Part shown: one piece after another, positions 27,164 to 39,449 of the stretch | Position numbering within the stretch: the first letter of the stretch is position 1 | How the letters are laid out: each line of letters starts with the position of its first letter | Assembly (NCBI GenBank): GCA_051294905.1 | Contig: CM119376.1 | Location: forward strand, 13,640,001-13,704,000 | Source of the DNA: Botryllus schlosseri | Lineage: Eukaryota | Direction: 5' to 3' | Length of the DNA: 64,000 nucleotides | The notes under the pieces: model-generated | Database searches by the model: none | Seen by the model: the letters and a program-made list of their open reading frames with translations, nothing else | Told to the model about the DNA's origin: nothing | Made by a program: the position numbers and the translations under genes

Positions 27164-29088
27164 GAACTTGACTCATATATTTTACCACCTGTCGACTCTC
27201 AGTTCCGTAACAATGGCGCTCCTGCATCTGCAACTGACGCCCGGTATGGGAATAACGTCCTTGAAATAAAGAGTCTTTCACTTCGATTCAGGTATTTGAA
27301 GCAGCATCCCGAGTTGAAGAAAGTGAAATCTGCAGGAAAACGTAAGAGAGAAGAAACGCTGTCAGAATCGGAAACACAAGCAAAATCTTTCAAGTAGGTT
27401 ATGCGAAGGAATTTTTCTTTTTTGACTTGTTTCAAGTTGTGGCCAGGTCACCAGCTTGTTCCCTTTTCTTGCAGTGTCATTCGTACGATCTAATCCAAAC
27501 TAAGCACTATGGTACTTGCCTGTGTAAAGCGAGTCATTGGTATGACTGGCAATGTTGTTCTCACTGTTTAGCAAAATCTAATCGGCTACTGCAGTTGTGA
27601 TGATCTTGTGAGCTGATATTGTCTTTGCGAACCATAAACGGAAAGGTCATGATTCAACTCTCTTTTCCAAACTTTTGAACTTTGCGAGATGGTTCCAGAG
27701 ATTGTGCAGTGCTCAATAGTACAATTTCGATTGGGCTCAAGTTTGATGAATGATGATGGTCTTGATACATCAGATTACATCTTTTGATTTTCTCTGGAGG
27801 TGGATTTGGATGAGAGGACCAGAATTTTTTTAAAGGTTATCTATGTATTCGTTGTGACATATAATAACCTAGCTGGCGAATCACGCATCCATGATGTTAT
27901 CACAAAACATGGATCAACTAGTAGTAGCCTACATGGTGTACTTCATAATTGGTCAAGTTTGGCAACAATCTCCTAGTAGCAACAAAAGCATTTTGTATTC
28001 GAGGAGCAGAAAATATCTCGTCAAATGTATGGCGCGCATGAACTGAACATTCATATAACACTAACTCAATGGAACCAATGACTTCCTGGCAGTTCTCTCA
28101 TTGACTTGGGACACAATATGCTTTCCCTTTATCCAACGGAACCAATCCTATACCTCTCTTGTCATCTTGCGAGATAGTGTCATCATCTGTTATTATTTTT
28201 GAGAAATTGTTATGTTGATTTTTACTGTTACTTACCAAGTTCACCACGCCTATATTATGATTCAAGAAATGCCGTACCTGTATTTAAAATAATCTCTGAA
28301 CACAGAAATATATTTTTGATTAACGTGAACTTGTTTTTATACATCCAGTATTAGTCCTTCACTGAAGTATTCAGAATGGCACTAATTGCTGCTATAAATC
28401 TAATGTGGTTTCTTCAAGGTGTCGGTCCTATGATTGTTTCAATTCAGCTGAGTAGTGATTAAGACGAACAGCACTAATCCACAAAGTTATCTGCGATATC
28501 TGAACCACTGATTACAGCGGCAGTCAATAATATTACGGCTGCTCGAACTTTGATCATACATCTTTCTCGAATTAATCTGAAAACGTTTCCTTGCGTTTTA
28601 GATCACCGATTGTTTCCGGAATCAACATCGTCACAAAAAAGTTAGAACGTGGAGAGCTGGACTTGGCTTTAGTTTGTAAGAGCGCGAAACCGGCTTTGTT
28701 GACTCAGCATCTAATTCCTTTGTCGGCTACAAGATATACTCCAGCCGCTAGCGTTGCCGGGCTCAGCGAAAAGCTATCGTTCGAACTCAATTTGAAATCG
28801 GTGTTGGCCGTCGGCATCAGCGCGAAAGACTGCCCCGAGATTAGTAAATTAATTACGAAAATTACAGAAAAACTGCCTCCAATTGAGGTACCTTGGCTGC
28901 CTGGCATACCGACAGTTGGAGATTCAGAGCTTGCTGAGTCAGAGCATGGGAAGGACAGCGGCTCGTTTAATCTGAACCGTGGAGATTCTTTCTTACCTAC
29001 AACAGTTTGCGTTAACAAAAGCGCCTCTGGGAACAAACGGAAGATATCGCGCGCTGCGAAGGCCGAGAATGACGGACACGCGGCGTAG
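27164..29088 (+). CDS. RPP38: Ribonuclease P/MRP protein subunit p38 (L7Ae fold); exons 27164-27243 (tentative), 27292-27393, 28602-29088; start exon uncertain
   Basis: Last exon [39 protein letters not shown]...[21 protein letters not shown]...LPPIEVPWL matches human RPP38 AIGVNEVTRALERRELLLVLVCKSVKPAMITSHLIQLS...VPRLSERI...LKCVLALA...VPSLSVPWL. Splice 27393/28602 is phase-consistent. Stop TAG at 29086-29088. Confidence 0.85.
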
Positions 29089-32000
29089 AGTCAAGGTCTA
29101 CACCCTCAACGAGGACAAGCAGTGGGACGACAAGGGCACGGGGCACGTGTCGTACACGTTGGACGCGCGTGTTCACAGCACGACGTTGATCGTACGCGCA
29201 GAGCAGGACGGCTCGACTTTGCTGGAGTCTAAAATCTTGCCGGACACGGCGTATCAGAAACAGCAGGAGACTCTCATCGTCTGGTCGGAGAGCGACAACA
29301 CGGACTTGGCTTTGAGCTTTCAAGAGAAGCCGGGGTGCGACGAGATATGGGAAAGGATTTGTCAGGTACGTTTGTGCCAATAAAATATTCCAAACACTTT
29401 TGGTTGATGTTGTGTCTGAAATCTCTTCCACGGTAATGGTGTTCCCATGGTCGGTCGACATATATAAGGTTATAAGCGTCCGACACAAGCACGTGTCGGT
29501 TCAAGTTGAGGTTTGAGTTTTGGTAAGGGTTTATTTCAGGGTTATGGTTAGTTTTGGGATTATAAAGTCACATGCTCAACTGTCATTTTTCACTGTGCCG
29601 CATACTCGACTGTCGGGCATACCTGGTCGAGAAAATGGGGAGTATGAACATTTTCCAAATTCCCCAAGGTAGCATCGATTTATTTGGGTCAAGTACGTGT
29701 TTAAATGCCGATAAAACAAGGATAAGGTAAGTTTCCTGGTGTTGACGAACTGGCAGACATGGTATAAGCCGGTGTAAGCTCCACTCTCTCGCGTCACATA
29801 CACATTATAAAATCTGATTCATCAACACATCGGATTGGGTATTTCAGAGAGCTCCGATCCCGGCTTGTTCAGTAAGGTTATTAATTAAAAAATCAAAGTC
29901 TACACGTTTGCTACCCCCAGAATAAAGGCGGACGACCTGTCCGAGAGTCGCCACTCCCTGGTTCCCAACTAAATATCTACGCTATCAAGGAGTCGTGTCA
30001 CTAAATATCATGTATTGCGTGCAGGTTCAAGGCAAAGACCCGTCAGTCAACATAACGCAAGACGTCACCGATGACGCTGAGGATGAAACGGGGATGGACG
30101 GCGGGTCTGATCTTGGTCTCAGCTCTAACGAGCCCGTCGAGCTGCCACCCTGCGAGTTGAACCGGCTTGAAGAGATCGAAAACATCTTCAATTCGTGCCT
30201 GCCCAACATGGCCCGTCGCGAAAAGCTTGCCGTCGCAGTCGAGAGCGCCGACTACATACCCAAGCTGCTGTCGCTGTTCAGCATGAACGAGGACCTCGAA
30301 AATATCGAGGGGCTGCATCACCTGCACGAGATTTTCAAAGTGCTCTTTATGCTGAACAAGAACGGCATATTCGAGATGCTGTTCAGCGAGAAGAACATCG
30401 TCAACACGATCGGGTGTCTGGAGTATGACCCGGCGCTGCCCGAACGGCGGCGGCACCGGGAGTACCTGACCAGGGAGGCGAAGTTCAAGGAGGTGCTCCC
30501 GATCACTAATTTGGAGCTGAAGAAGAAGATTCATCAGACTTTCCGCGTGCAGTACATTCAGGATATCATCCTGCCGACGCCGTCGGTTTTCGAAGAGAAC
30601 CTGCTTTCTACTTTGAATTCTTTCATCTTTTTCAACAAGGTGAGTGTGTGATTGTCGGAGGGTTGTTGTCGACGTGACGTATTGTACGCGCAGATCAGCG
30701 TTCAGTGGACTGGTAGCAGTGAATTTGTTATTTTCTAATCGAAAAATCCTGCTGATTTTCAAATCCACATTCTGAAATCATGTCCAGCATTGACTTAAAT
30801 TCATAAAACAGTGGTGACAAGGAGACGGAAAATGATCTCCTGAATCCAGTCCAGAAAAGATCGTTAATCCAAATTTGACTAAAATTTTCAAATCCTATTT
30901 TTCAACTTCGAACCAGTCGGTGGCGTACACCATGTTTTATGTGTTACACTGTGGTTTCGAGCGGCCGTGAGTACCTGTCGCTTGTCCAACATCCTGCTTT
31001 CAGTGGCTAATCTGCATTTTTTGACGTTTTCTGGCCGTCGTTTTGGGCTCTGTGTATTCCAGGGTTGTGATGACGCGAGGCACAATTTTCTGATGACTCG
31101 AGTCATTTTCGCAAAATTCAGAAACGACTCGACTCGAGTCAATCTGTGTTTTGACTCGACTTGGACTCGAGTCATTGCGCATGACTCGAGATTTAGACGG
31201 CCAGGGCCGACATTTCATTGTAATTTCAAAGAATAGTGAAGTTACCACACTATTAGGCTATGATTTCGTCTATTGGTAATGGTACTTGAAAATGCGACCA
31301 GAAACTGCTAAAAGTGACGAAAATTAGTATAATATCAATGCGAACCATTCGATGTCACCAAACAGGGTTATATAAAGTGGGTTAACAAGATTTTAACTAG
31401 AAACTGAGCAGTCAACACAATGACTTGGACTCGAACTCAACCCTCTGATCGCTAACTTGGACTCTGACTTGACACGGTGGTGAATCGAAAATGACGCCAC
31501 TTGACTCGAGTCGAAACTATAAAAGTGAGACTGACTCGTGACTCGGGGGCCTGCCACTTGGTTACAGCCCCGGTGTATTCAATTTGATAGCTACCTATAT
31601 CTTTACTGTGTCTAAAATTGCAAGCCTAAAATGCCGTTTTTCCGTCCGACGTCTAATCGCGGCTCGTTCCCAGGTCGAGATTGTCAGCACGGTCCAAGAG
31701 GACGAAACCTTCCTCCGCACACTGTTCGAGCAGCTCAAAGACGAGTCCCAGACGGACGCCCGCCGCACCGAGCTGGCCGGCTTCCTACGCGAACTGTGCA
31801 ATTTCTCGCAGTCGCTGCAGCTCGCCAACCGCGAGGACTACTTTCGGACTATCTCCGAGCTCGGCGTGCTCCAAGTCGTCGAGTCCGTGCTGGCCTCGGA
31901 CGACACGAGACTCCGGCAGTTGGGCGTCGACGTATTCACCCACGTCGTAGAGTACAGCCCGTCGATGGTGCGTGATTTTGCTCACGGCGAAATGCGCGAC

Positions 32001-33248
32001 CAACCGGGCAACGACGACGAACTGCTGATAAACCTTGTGATAGAGCAGATGATATGCGACCCAGACCCGGAGCTTAGCGGTGCCATGCAACTCATGGAGA
32101 TTTTGAGGATACTCCTCGATCCAGAGAACATGATGGCCAGCAAAAACGAAAAGACAGAGTTTCTCAGCTTTTTCTACTACCACTGCATGCACGTGCTGAT
32201 GGCGCCGCTGTTAGCAAACACATCCGACGACAAACCGGGCAAAGCCGATTACCAGACGGCACACTTACTCAGCTTGATACTCGAGCTCATCACTTTCTCG
32301 GTAGAGCACCACGCCTATCATGTCAAGAACTACATCCTGAACAAAGACCTGCTGCGTAGGATACTGGTACTGCTGCATTCAAAGCATCGCTTTTTGGCGC
32401 TGGCGACTCTGAGATTTTTGAGGAAAATCGTAGGCATGGCGGATGAACTGTATTATCGTTATATCGTCAAAGGGGACTTGCTTGAACCAGTGGTGGCTGT
32501 CTTGTTCCGGTCTGGAAATCGGTATAACCTCCTCAATTCCGCGGCGCTCGAGCTTTTTGAGTATATCCGGGCGGAAAACATTAAACCCTTGATCGCCTAC
32601 ATCGCCGAGATGCACATGGGACGCTTGTGCGATATCGACTACGTCAAGACTTTTGTCGGGATACAGCAGCGGTACGAGATTCATAAGGACCGGATGAACA
32701 GGTTAGGCGAGGCCAGTGACTCGGTTACTGTGCCGGACCAGAGTAGATTCAGGCGAGACGAGCGTGCGCCTGACGAAGACGAGGAAAACTGGTTTGAGAC
32801 GGAGGACGAGGCAAATGATATCTTCCTGACTTTGAACAACGCCAGCGAGGAACACGAGATACTCAAAGTGAACATCGACAAGATTTTGGACGGCGACAAG
32901 GACGCAGAGGCGTCTGCGGATGACAACGGTTTTAAGATGGCCGCAATCGCAGCAGAACGCGCGCAGGCCAAAATCTCGATCAACTTGAACGGGATTAAAA
33001 CCAACGGCGACGCCGATAAATCTACCTCACCTCAGCCCGCCCCGGTAAAAACCGGGCTCGTGGGACTTGTCGACTACGATGAGAGTGATGACGAAGACGG
33101 GGAAACGGAAAACAGCGGGCAGAGTCCGCTGCAAAAAGAAGACGAATCCGCAGGCGCCGCGAAACGAACTGAACCGTCGGACGTAGCTAACGATGTCGAG
33201 GTGACCGCGAAAAAACCGAAGCTGCAAACGGTCGGCTCTGGCGATTGA
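29069..33248 (+). CDS. PPP4R3: Protein phosphatase 4 regulatory subunit 3 (SMEK/Psy2), 828 aa; join(29069-29365,30025-30639,31674-33248)
   Basis: [31 protein letters not shown]1-like N-terminus; ICQ|VQGKDP and FFNK|VEIV junctions are GT-AG phase 0; SMK-1 region; conserved FRRDERA and LVGLVDY motifs. Confidence 0.95.
29379..29420 (+). promoter_or_regulatory. Polyadenylation signal plus GU-rich downstream element inside PPP4R3 intron 1 (putative RPP38 3' end)
   Basis: AATAAA at 29379-29384, 13 nt after the donor, followed by TTTTGGTTGATGTTGTGTCTG from ~29399. Confidence 0.55.
31060..31572 (+). mobile_element. hAT-type MITE family A, copy 2 (PPP4R3 intron 2)
   Basis: CAGGGTTGTGA...ACAGCCCCG; exact 8-bp TSD GTGTATTC (31052-31059 and 31573-31580); colinear with 1425-1992. 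Confidence 0.9.
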
Positions 33249-33561
33249 TTGATCAGTGGGTTCGAAACGCCAACGCCCGCATTGAGCTCGGCGGTTTGTT
33301 TGATCGGCGGTCCTCGCGTTCGAATATTTTTACCACAACGACGCCTTTTGCCTGTCGCGTCCTCGAGCAAAATTGTGTGACGCAAAAAATAGTGAGCGGT
33401 GAGCTGTTTTCAGGAGGAGTTTTACGAGATAATCTGCGTCCGTACTGCCGTTTTTGAATGGGATCGAATTTGTGTGCGCGATGAATTTGCGAGGTGGCAG
33501 GGTCCTGTCGTACGTAGCAAATGGATTTGATTTCGTTACCTTCCGTGTACTGCCTCGCAGG

Positions 33562-33885
33562 TAGGGCTGCGCGCAACAATTCGAGTCGAGTGAGACGATT
33601 TTGTCAAACGCTGGAATTGTACGTTAATAGGTATATTATCAATGACGATTCTCGTTTTTGAACTTTGTTGTTCATGCCAAAATACAAATATTGACTTACT
33701 GTCATGGAGAATGACATTTCTGTGATGTAGTGACCAGCCTGGAGCACTGTTAAAAAGCGCGATGACATAGGTGCGGTCAAAACTAGCGATATTTTCTTCG
33801 TAAAGGTGGAAGTCTGTTGTAACATCATAAGTGAAACTTGACTGGAAGCCCAATACTCGATTCGGAATCGACTCGCTCAGCCCTA
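33562..33885. mobile_element. MITE-like element with TAGGGCTG...CAGCCCTA termini
   Basis: 8-bp inverted termini with GAGTCGA/TCGACTC subterminal motifs; no TSD seen. Confidence 0.5.
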
Positions 33886-33889
33886 CTTG

Positions 33890-34100
33890 TCGCGAGGTGA
33901 CTTCCCCGAAATTTTACAAGCCTTCGGAGACAGCTCAACATATCAGCTGTCTCGTGTAGTGGCTCAATTGCTGCGTGTAACGAAGTTTCCGCATTTTCGC
34001 AAGTACAACCTCTCGCATCTGGTACGTCCCTGGACTGTCATGTTCCAAGCTTTGTACATTGGTTTTTTAAATGTGTTTAGATTAGTTATGAGATGCCGCT
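33890..34100 (-). pseudogene. Decayed hAT transposase C-terminal (dimerisation) domain
   Basis: Minus strand reads PGT..CERLYLRKCGNFVTR with a frameshift and stops, resembling the hATC motif PATS..SERxFSxAGNIVT. Confidence 0.45.
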
Positions 34101-35079
34101 CTCTCTCTATGATAAGATGCTACGTTTTGAGAGTGAAGTATACTGCTGGTTTATTGATATTTTTGTCTTAGGACCATCGTTTTCGTGTCCTGTCCAATTG
34201 CGCCTGACTCTGTTACCAGGCGAGATACGTAATACCATAACATGGCAGCTTTTCAATGGATTTGGTGTTTCGGTAACAGCGTTGAATGACACGTTGATAT
34301 GGAGATTCGTCGCTTATCATCTTCATCATGCATTGGCTACACGTAACTATCAACCATCTCACTTTCAACGCTTGTTTTTATTCAAAACCATTGGAATGCA
34401 CTGCTGCCCAAGAATTCAACAGCAATGCAATGTCACACTGTACCGGTAGTACTTCCAACGTAAAATCATTCTTGACAACGCTAGCAAAGCGCAAATCATT
34501 GATAAAAGAAATTCTCACCTTAGTTCTCGTTGAAAGTTGTTGAGAAATAATAACTTCTGTAAAACGCCCGTTACGATCCCTCGGTCCATCTCTGCCTGCT
34601 ATCTTTTCCTTAAACCCGACGAGTTTTCACTGTTTAAACCTCCGAGTTAAACGCACGCAAGTTTATGTCGCAGATGTAGAAATTTTGTAATTTTTCAATC
34701 ATTAACGTTAGTTACTAAGCATCGAGAGTTACACTTGCCAAGTGACTCGATAGGCTTCAACTTGTTTGTTAGGTGTGATTTACGCGACGTGAAGGTATGT
34801 CTTTATTGGATTTTTTTTATTGTACCTCGCTGAACACTTGTTATCTGATTTTCTGGTTGGTATTCGTGGAAATATGGTGGGTCCTGGTGGACTGGCTCGT
34901 GGTTGAAGTGCGCGATCCTATGCTCATCTCGTTCTGAATACCTTTCGTGTCTGTTTTTTGTTACTTTGTTCTGCTCTCTGAACTTCCTTAATTCCGATGG
35001 TTGTACAATAAATTAGCCTAATGCCATTTTGCTGTCTTTCTTTAGAGTGGCGATCATGAAATGAGCCTTTTGAAACTTG

Positions 35080-35337
35080 GCGAGCGAGATAGTGTAATGT
35101 TTATGTGTCCAGCTTCTCGATCGGTAGATCGTGGGTTCGATCCCCGGCCGGGTCATACCAAAGACTTGAAAATTGGTATCCGCAGCTATCCTGCTAGGCG
35201 CTCAGCAATCATGGAGAGCATGAAGGAGAAAAAGAAACGGGTGCGCAGATTAGATGACCTCACGGCCGTATCGCAACTACGTCGTCAAAGCATCTCAATG
35301 GTGCAGGCAAAAAAGAATAACATCTCTCTCTCTCTCT
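35080..35337 (+). mobile_element. tRNA-derived SINE (MetaSINE-like), copy 1
   Basis: A-box-like TAGTGTAATG, B-box GGTTCGATCCC, central GGGTCATACCAAAGACT..AAAATTGGTATCCGCAGCTATCCTGCTAGGCGCTCAGCA, and a (CT)n tail; four copies in the window. Confidence 0.85.
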
Positions 35338-36090
35338 GCTTGCAATCTGCAAGGAATTTATTGAGGAATTCATCAGCATACTGACAATAGTGAATTCAAA
35401 GTGAATGTACATGTGCATTGTGCAAATTCTCAGGCATGTCCGGTCATGATAGTACTGCTCCATGTACATTGTACAATGTAGTACAAGATTGATGTTTAAG
35501 AAAACAATCCGAACACTCCAGACATTGCTAGGTTGCCTAGAATCACACTCCACAACTAAATTTGGTCAAGTCCAAATAGTACAAGAGAAGCCATGATATA
35601 TATCAATGAAGCGAAGTTATTTCTTTCAAGGATATATGGTGGGAAACTCCGTCACTTTGCCTTGACCAATTGACCAAGCATCGTGTTTCAGGCGTGCCCG
35701 AAGGAACTGTGATATGTTTTTAAACGTTTTCATCTTGAGAAAGGCAGCGCCTGGATGAAGAAATTGCAAACCAGTAACTGAGGTCCAGTTTTACAGGCTC
35801 CGTGAAAGGTGAATGTAGTAACTACATTATTCGTAGGTATAAGATCGTCCCATATATTTTTATGTCCTTTGTAAACTAGGATGAGAGTAGGAGTGGCCAG
35901 TGGGTGAAAGTGAAGACCTTATATAATCAATTAGACGAGATGGTTGGTACTGGACTCGTCATCAGCTTCCGAAACTTTCGCAACATGGGGACTAATAGGG
36001 GACCGAGTTGATGCGAGTTTGAGCCCCTGGTCAACTTCATTGCGACCTGTTAAAGCGATAGTGATATAAGTCTTGAATTAGGGCTACCAT

Positions 36091-36284
36091 CAATGTTCCT
36101 TTTAATTTTTGGCAAGTCTGCGCAGACTCGCCAACTCACTGCGCAGATCCTTGGACAACAGTGCGTAACGACTAAAAAACAGGTCATCAATTCGGATTTT
36201 TTTAGCGCAACTTGGATTTTCTGTGCGCAGAGACAGTGTCAGCACTGCGCATTTGCGCCCGCGTAAAGCTTAGACGGAACATTG
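36091..36284. mobile_element. Small hAT-type MITE inserted into the TIR of a family-D element starting at 36079
   Basis: CAATGTTCC...GGAACATTG; exact 8-bp TSD GCTACCAT (36083-36090 and 36285-36292); removing it restores TAGGGCTACCATG. Confidence 0.85.
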
Positions 36285-36452
36285 GCTACCATGCCCTCCT
36301 TTGGGAGGATTTGTCGTCCTTTTAAAGGAAATCGAAAATGTCCTCTATTTTGGAAATCCGTCCTCCTTTATAGCTTTGATAGTCAGTGTAGGGAGACGCG
36401 AAATCTGTAATGCGGTCCTTCGAGCGAGTCATTTGGCCCATAGCAGTATAGG

Positions 36453-36750
36453 TAGGGTTACAATACGTCCTCTTTTAAGAGGATTTGTCCTCTTTTTTGA
36501 CTTTTTTGAAAGTGTCCTCGGAGGACGCCTTTTTTTCCTTTTTTTAAAGATTTTGTCCACTTTTTGAAAATTTAGGTCAGATTTAGAGCAAATTGCGAGT
36601 GATATACCGTAAATTACCACAGAAGTGACGCTCCGGTGGGTATTTCGAAGTGAAAAACTGTGATTTTAGCTCTGAGCGAAAAGTTGACCTTTTTTTAGTC
36701 ATCCACCTAGCAATGTGGAGAGAAAAACAAGTCGAGCATTTTTAGTCAAC
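36453..36750 (+). mobile_element. Family-D MITE, left portion
   Basis: TAGGGTTACAATACGTCCTCTTTTAAGAGGATTTGTCC... nearly identical to 6213-6500. Confidence 0.75.
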
Positions 36751-36779
36751 ACGACAAGATTCTCGTACAAATGTTGTAA

Positions 36780-37620
36780 TCTGGGGGGCTTCGCCCCCAG
36801 ACCCACCTCAGGCTATTCGCTGTTTACCGCTGCTTATCATGTAAATTGGGTGTCCGTTTTGTGGGTCAGCTTTTCTCGCCTAAACGCGCCAAGCGCGAAA
36901 ATTTTCTATAATTCATCATTGAATCAGGAATTTTATTCAAATTGCCATCAATTTTTATTCTGTCTCTGATGCTCACGTAATCAGATTTACCGGTATAGCT
37001 GAGTGCAGTGTGCTTGAAAAGGTACGACCCCTCAATAATGATTAAACATCTTCGGGTGTGTCCCCATTCGCAGGAACGGAACAGCACTTCGTCAGGCCCC
37101 AAAAATCTTGGATCTAGGCTCCCATAGATTGATAAACCGAGCCCCATCACGTTGTATTGCTTTTTGCCACAAAATTAAAGTACTGTTCAAAGTTCAATGA
37201 GCCAGCGCCAGGCGCGAACATTTTCGATAGTTCGTGATAAAATGGAAATGGTCAATAAGATCGGGAATTAACGTATGTGTATTGCTATCAATTTCTTATC
37301 CTCTCTGCTCACGTAATCGGATTCACCGGGAGATCTGAGTGAGGTGTCTTGGAAACTGTTAGGCCCGTAAATAATAATTAAACATCTTCGGGCAGGCGGA
37401 CCCGTTGGTATGACTTCGATCGTTACATGATGTTATTTCGTGACCTCCTGACTGCTATATCAAAAAATATAGAATCGCCCAAACGTACTAAACTAAAAGA
37501 CGCACACGATTTCAAATTGGTATTTCTTCACTATCATATATTTTTTCCCTGCGAGATGGTATTTGTCTTGTTAGGTACAGATTTCCAAGACAGGAACATT
37601 CGACGCCTAAGGACGATTAA
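36780..37620 (+). repeat. Interspersed repeat family C with internal ~330-bp tandem units
   Basis: Unit CTCACGTAATCAGATTTACCGG..GCTGAGTGAGG...AATAATAATTAAACATCTTCGGG occurs twice here; homologous segments near 2860-2940 (minus), 47676-47910 and 56734-59810. Confidence 0.75.
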
Positions 37621-38034
37621 ACCTGTATGTATTTTGTCTATATAACGAAGTTTTCGGCCAAGGTTTTCTCGCTGCCGATCGTCCCGGCACACTTTTTGGA
37701 GTCGCATATGTTACATGGCCTAAAACTTTATAAGTCTCGGTCCGTCGTGGCGCGGTAATGACCAACGCCGATATGCCCATTTCTATAAATCTTGCGTATT
37801 TTTTCGTAGGGTAAGAGTACCCGGCCAATATTCAAGAAATCTGGCATCTTGAAATCGCGGCTTGCGCGAAATTTTTTTGAAAAAGTTGCATAAATTTTCA
37901 AAATATACTCTATAATTTATGCTAATTCACGAAATAATTTTGGGTCCCCCTTCGAGCTCCCCCCCCCCAATCGGGTGTTTGGGGTGCGGCAGTTACGGTC
38001 CTGCGCCTAGGCCAAGGTGGGTGTCTGATTCCAT

Positions 38035-38301
38035 AGAGAGAGAGAGAGAGAGATATGATATTATTTTTCGCCTGCACCATCGATATGCTTTGACGACGGA
38101 GTTGCGATACGGCCCCATGAGGTCATCTAGTCTGCGCCCCCGTTTTTTTTTCTCCTCCATGCTATCCGCGATTGCTGAGCGCCTAGCAGGATAGCTGCGG
38201 ATACCTATTTTCGAGTCTTTGGTATGACCCGGCCGGGGATCGAATCCACGACCTACCGCTCGAGAAGCCGGACGCATAACCATTACACTATCTCGCTCGG
38301 C
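38035..38301 (-). mobile_element. tRNA-derived SINE (MetaSINE-like), copy 2, ~360 bp upstream of the PCNA ATG
   Basis: Reverse complement of 35080-35337, with an (AG)n tail on the plus strand. Confidence 0.85.
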
Positions 38302-38460
38302 AGACTACTCCAAGTCGCTTCGACACCTTCGTATATTTTCATTGTATCGCATTTTTGTGGTGTATTGAACTGATAAAAATTGATACTAAACTTATGATGA
38401 TGATGGGACGAGATTTGAGATCATATTATGGATGTACGAATCAGACAGCTGACGTATGTA

Positions 38461-38636
38461 CCCGCCCATTACTCCAACTACGACCTCTCTGATTGGCTCT
38501 TACTGTTTGGCGCTTCATTCAGCTTCACTAGTTTTTTAGACGCGCGAAAACTGTCGGTTTTGCTCTGCGCGCTTCATTCATTCTGAGAACGCTGTTGCTG
38601 CCGTAGACGCTCTGATTGTTTTTCGACGCGCCCAAA
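38461..38636 (+). promoter_or_regulatory. PCNA proximal promoter: GC box, CCAAT box, E2F-type sites
   Basis: CCCGCCC at 38461, ATTGG at 38492, GCGCGAAAA at 38542-38550, GCGCCCAAA at 38628-38636; PCNA is a canonical E2F target. Confidence 0.55.
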
Positions 38637-38645
38637 GTACGATAA

Positions 38646-39449
<804 letters not shown>

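Noticed and set aside
35061-35384. Similar small ORFs (MVxRPASRSVGRGFDPRPG...) at 35061, 37993, 47273 and 58340
   Set aside because: They are translations of the SINE copies, not a gene family; the SINE heads are also not complete tRNA genes.
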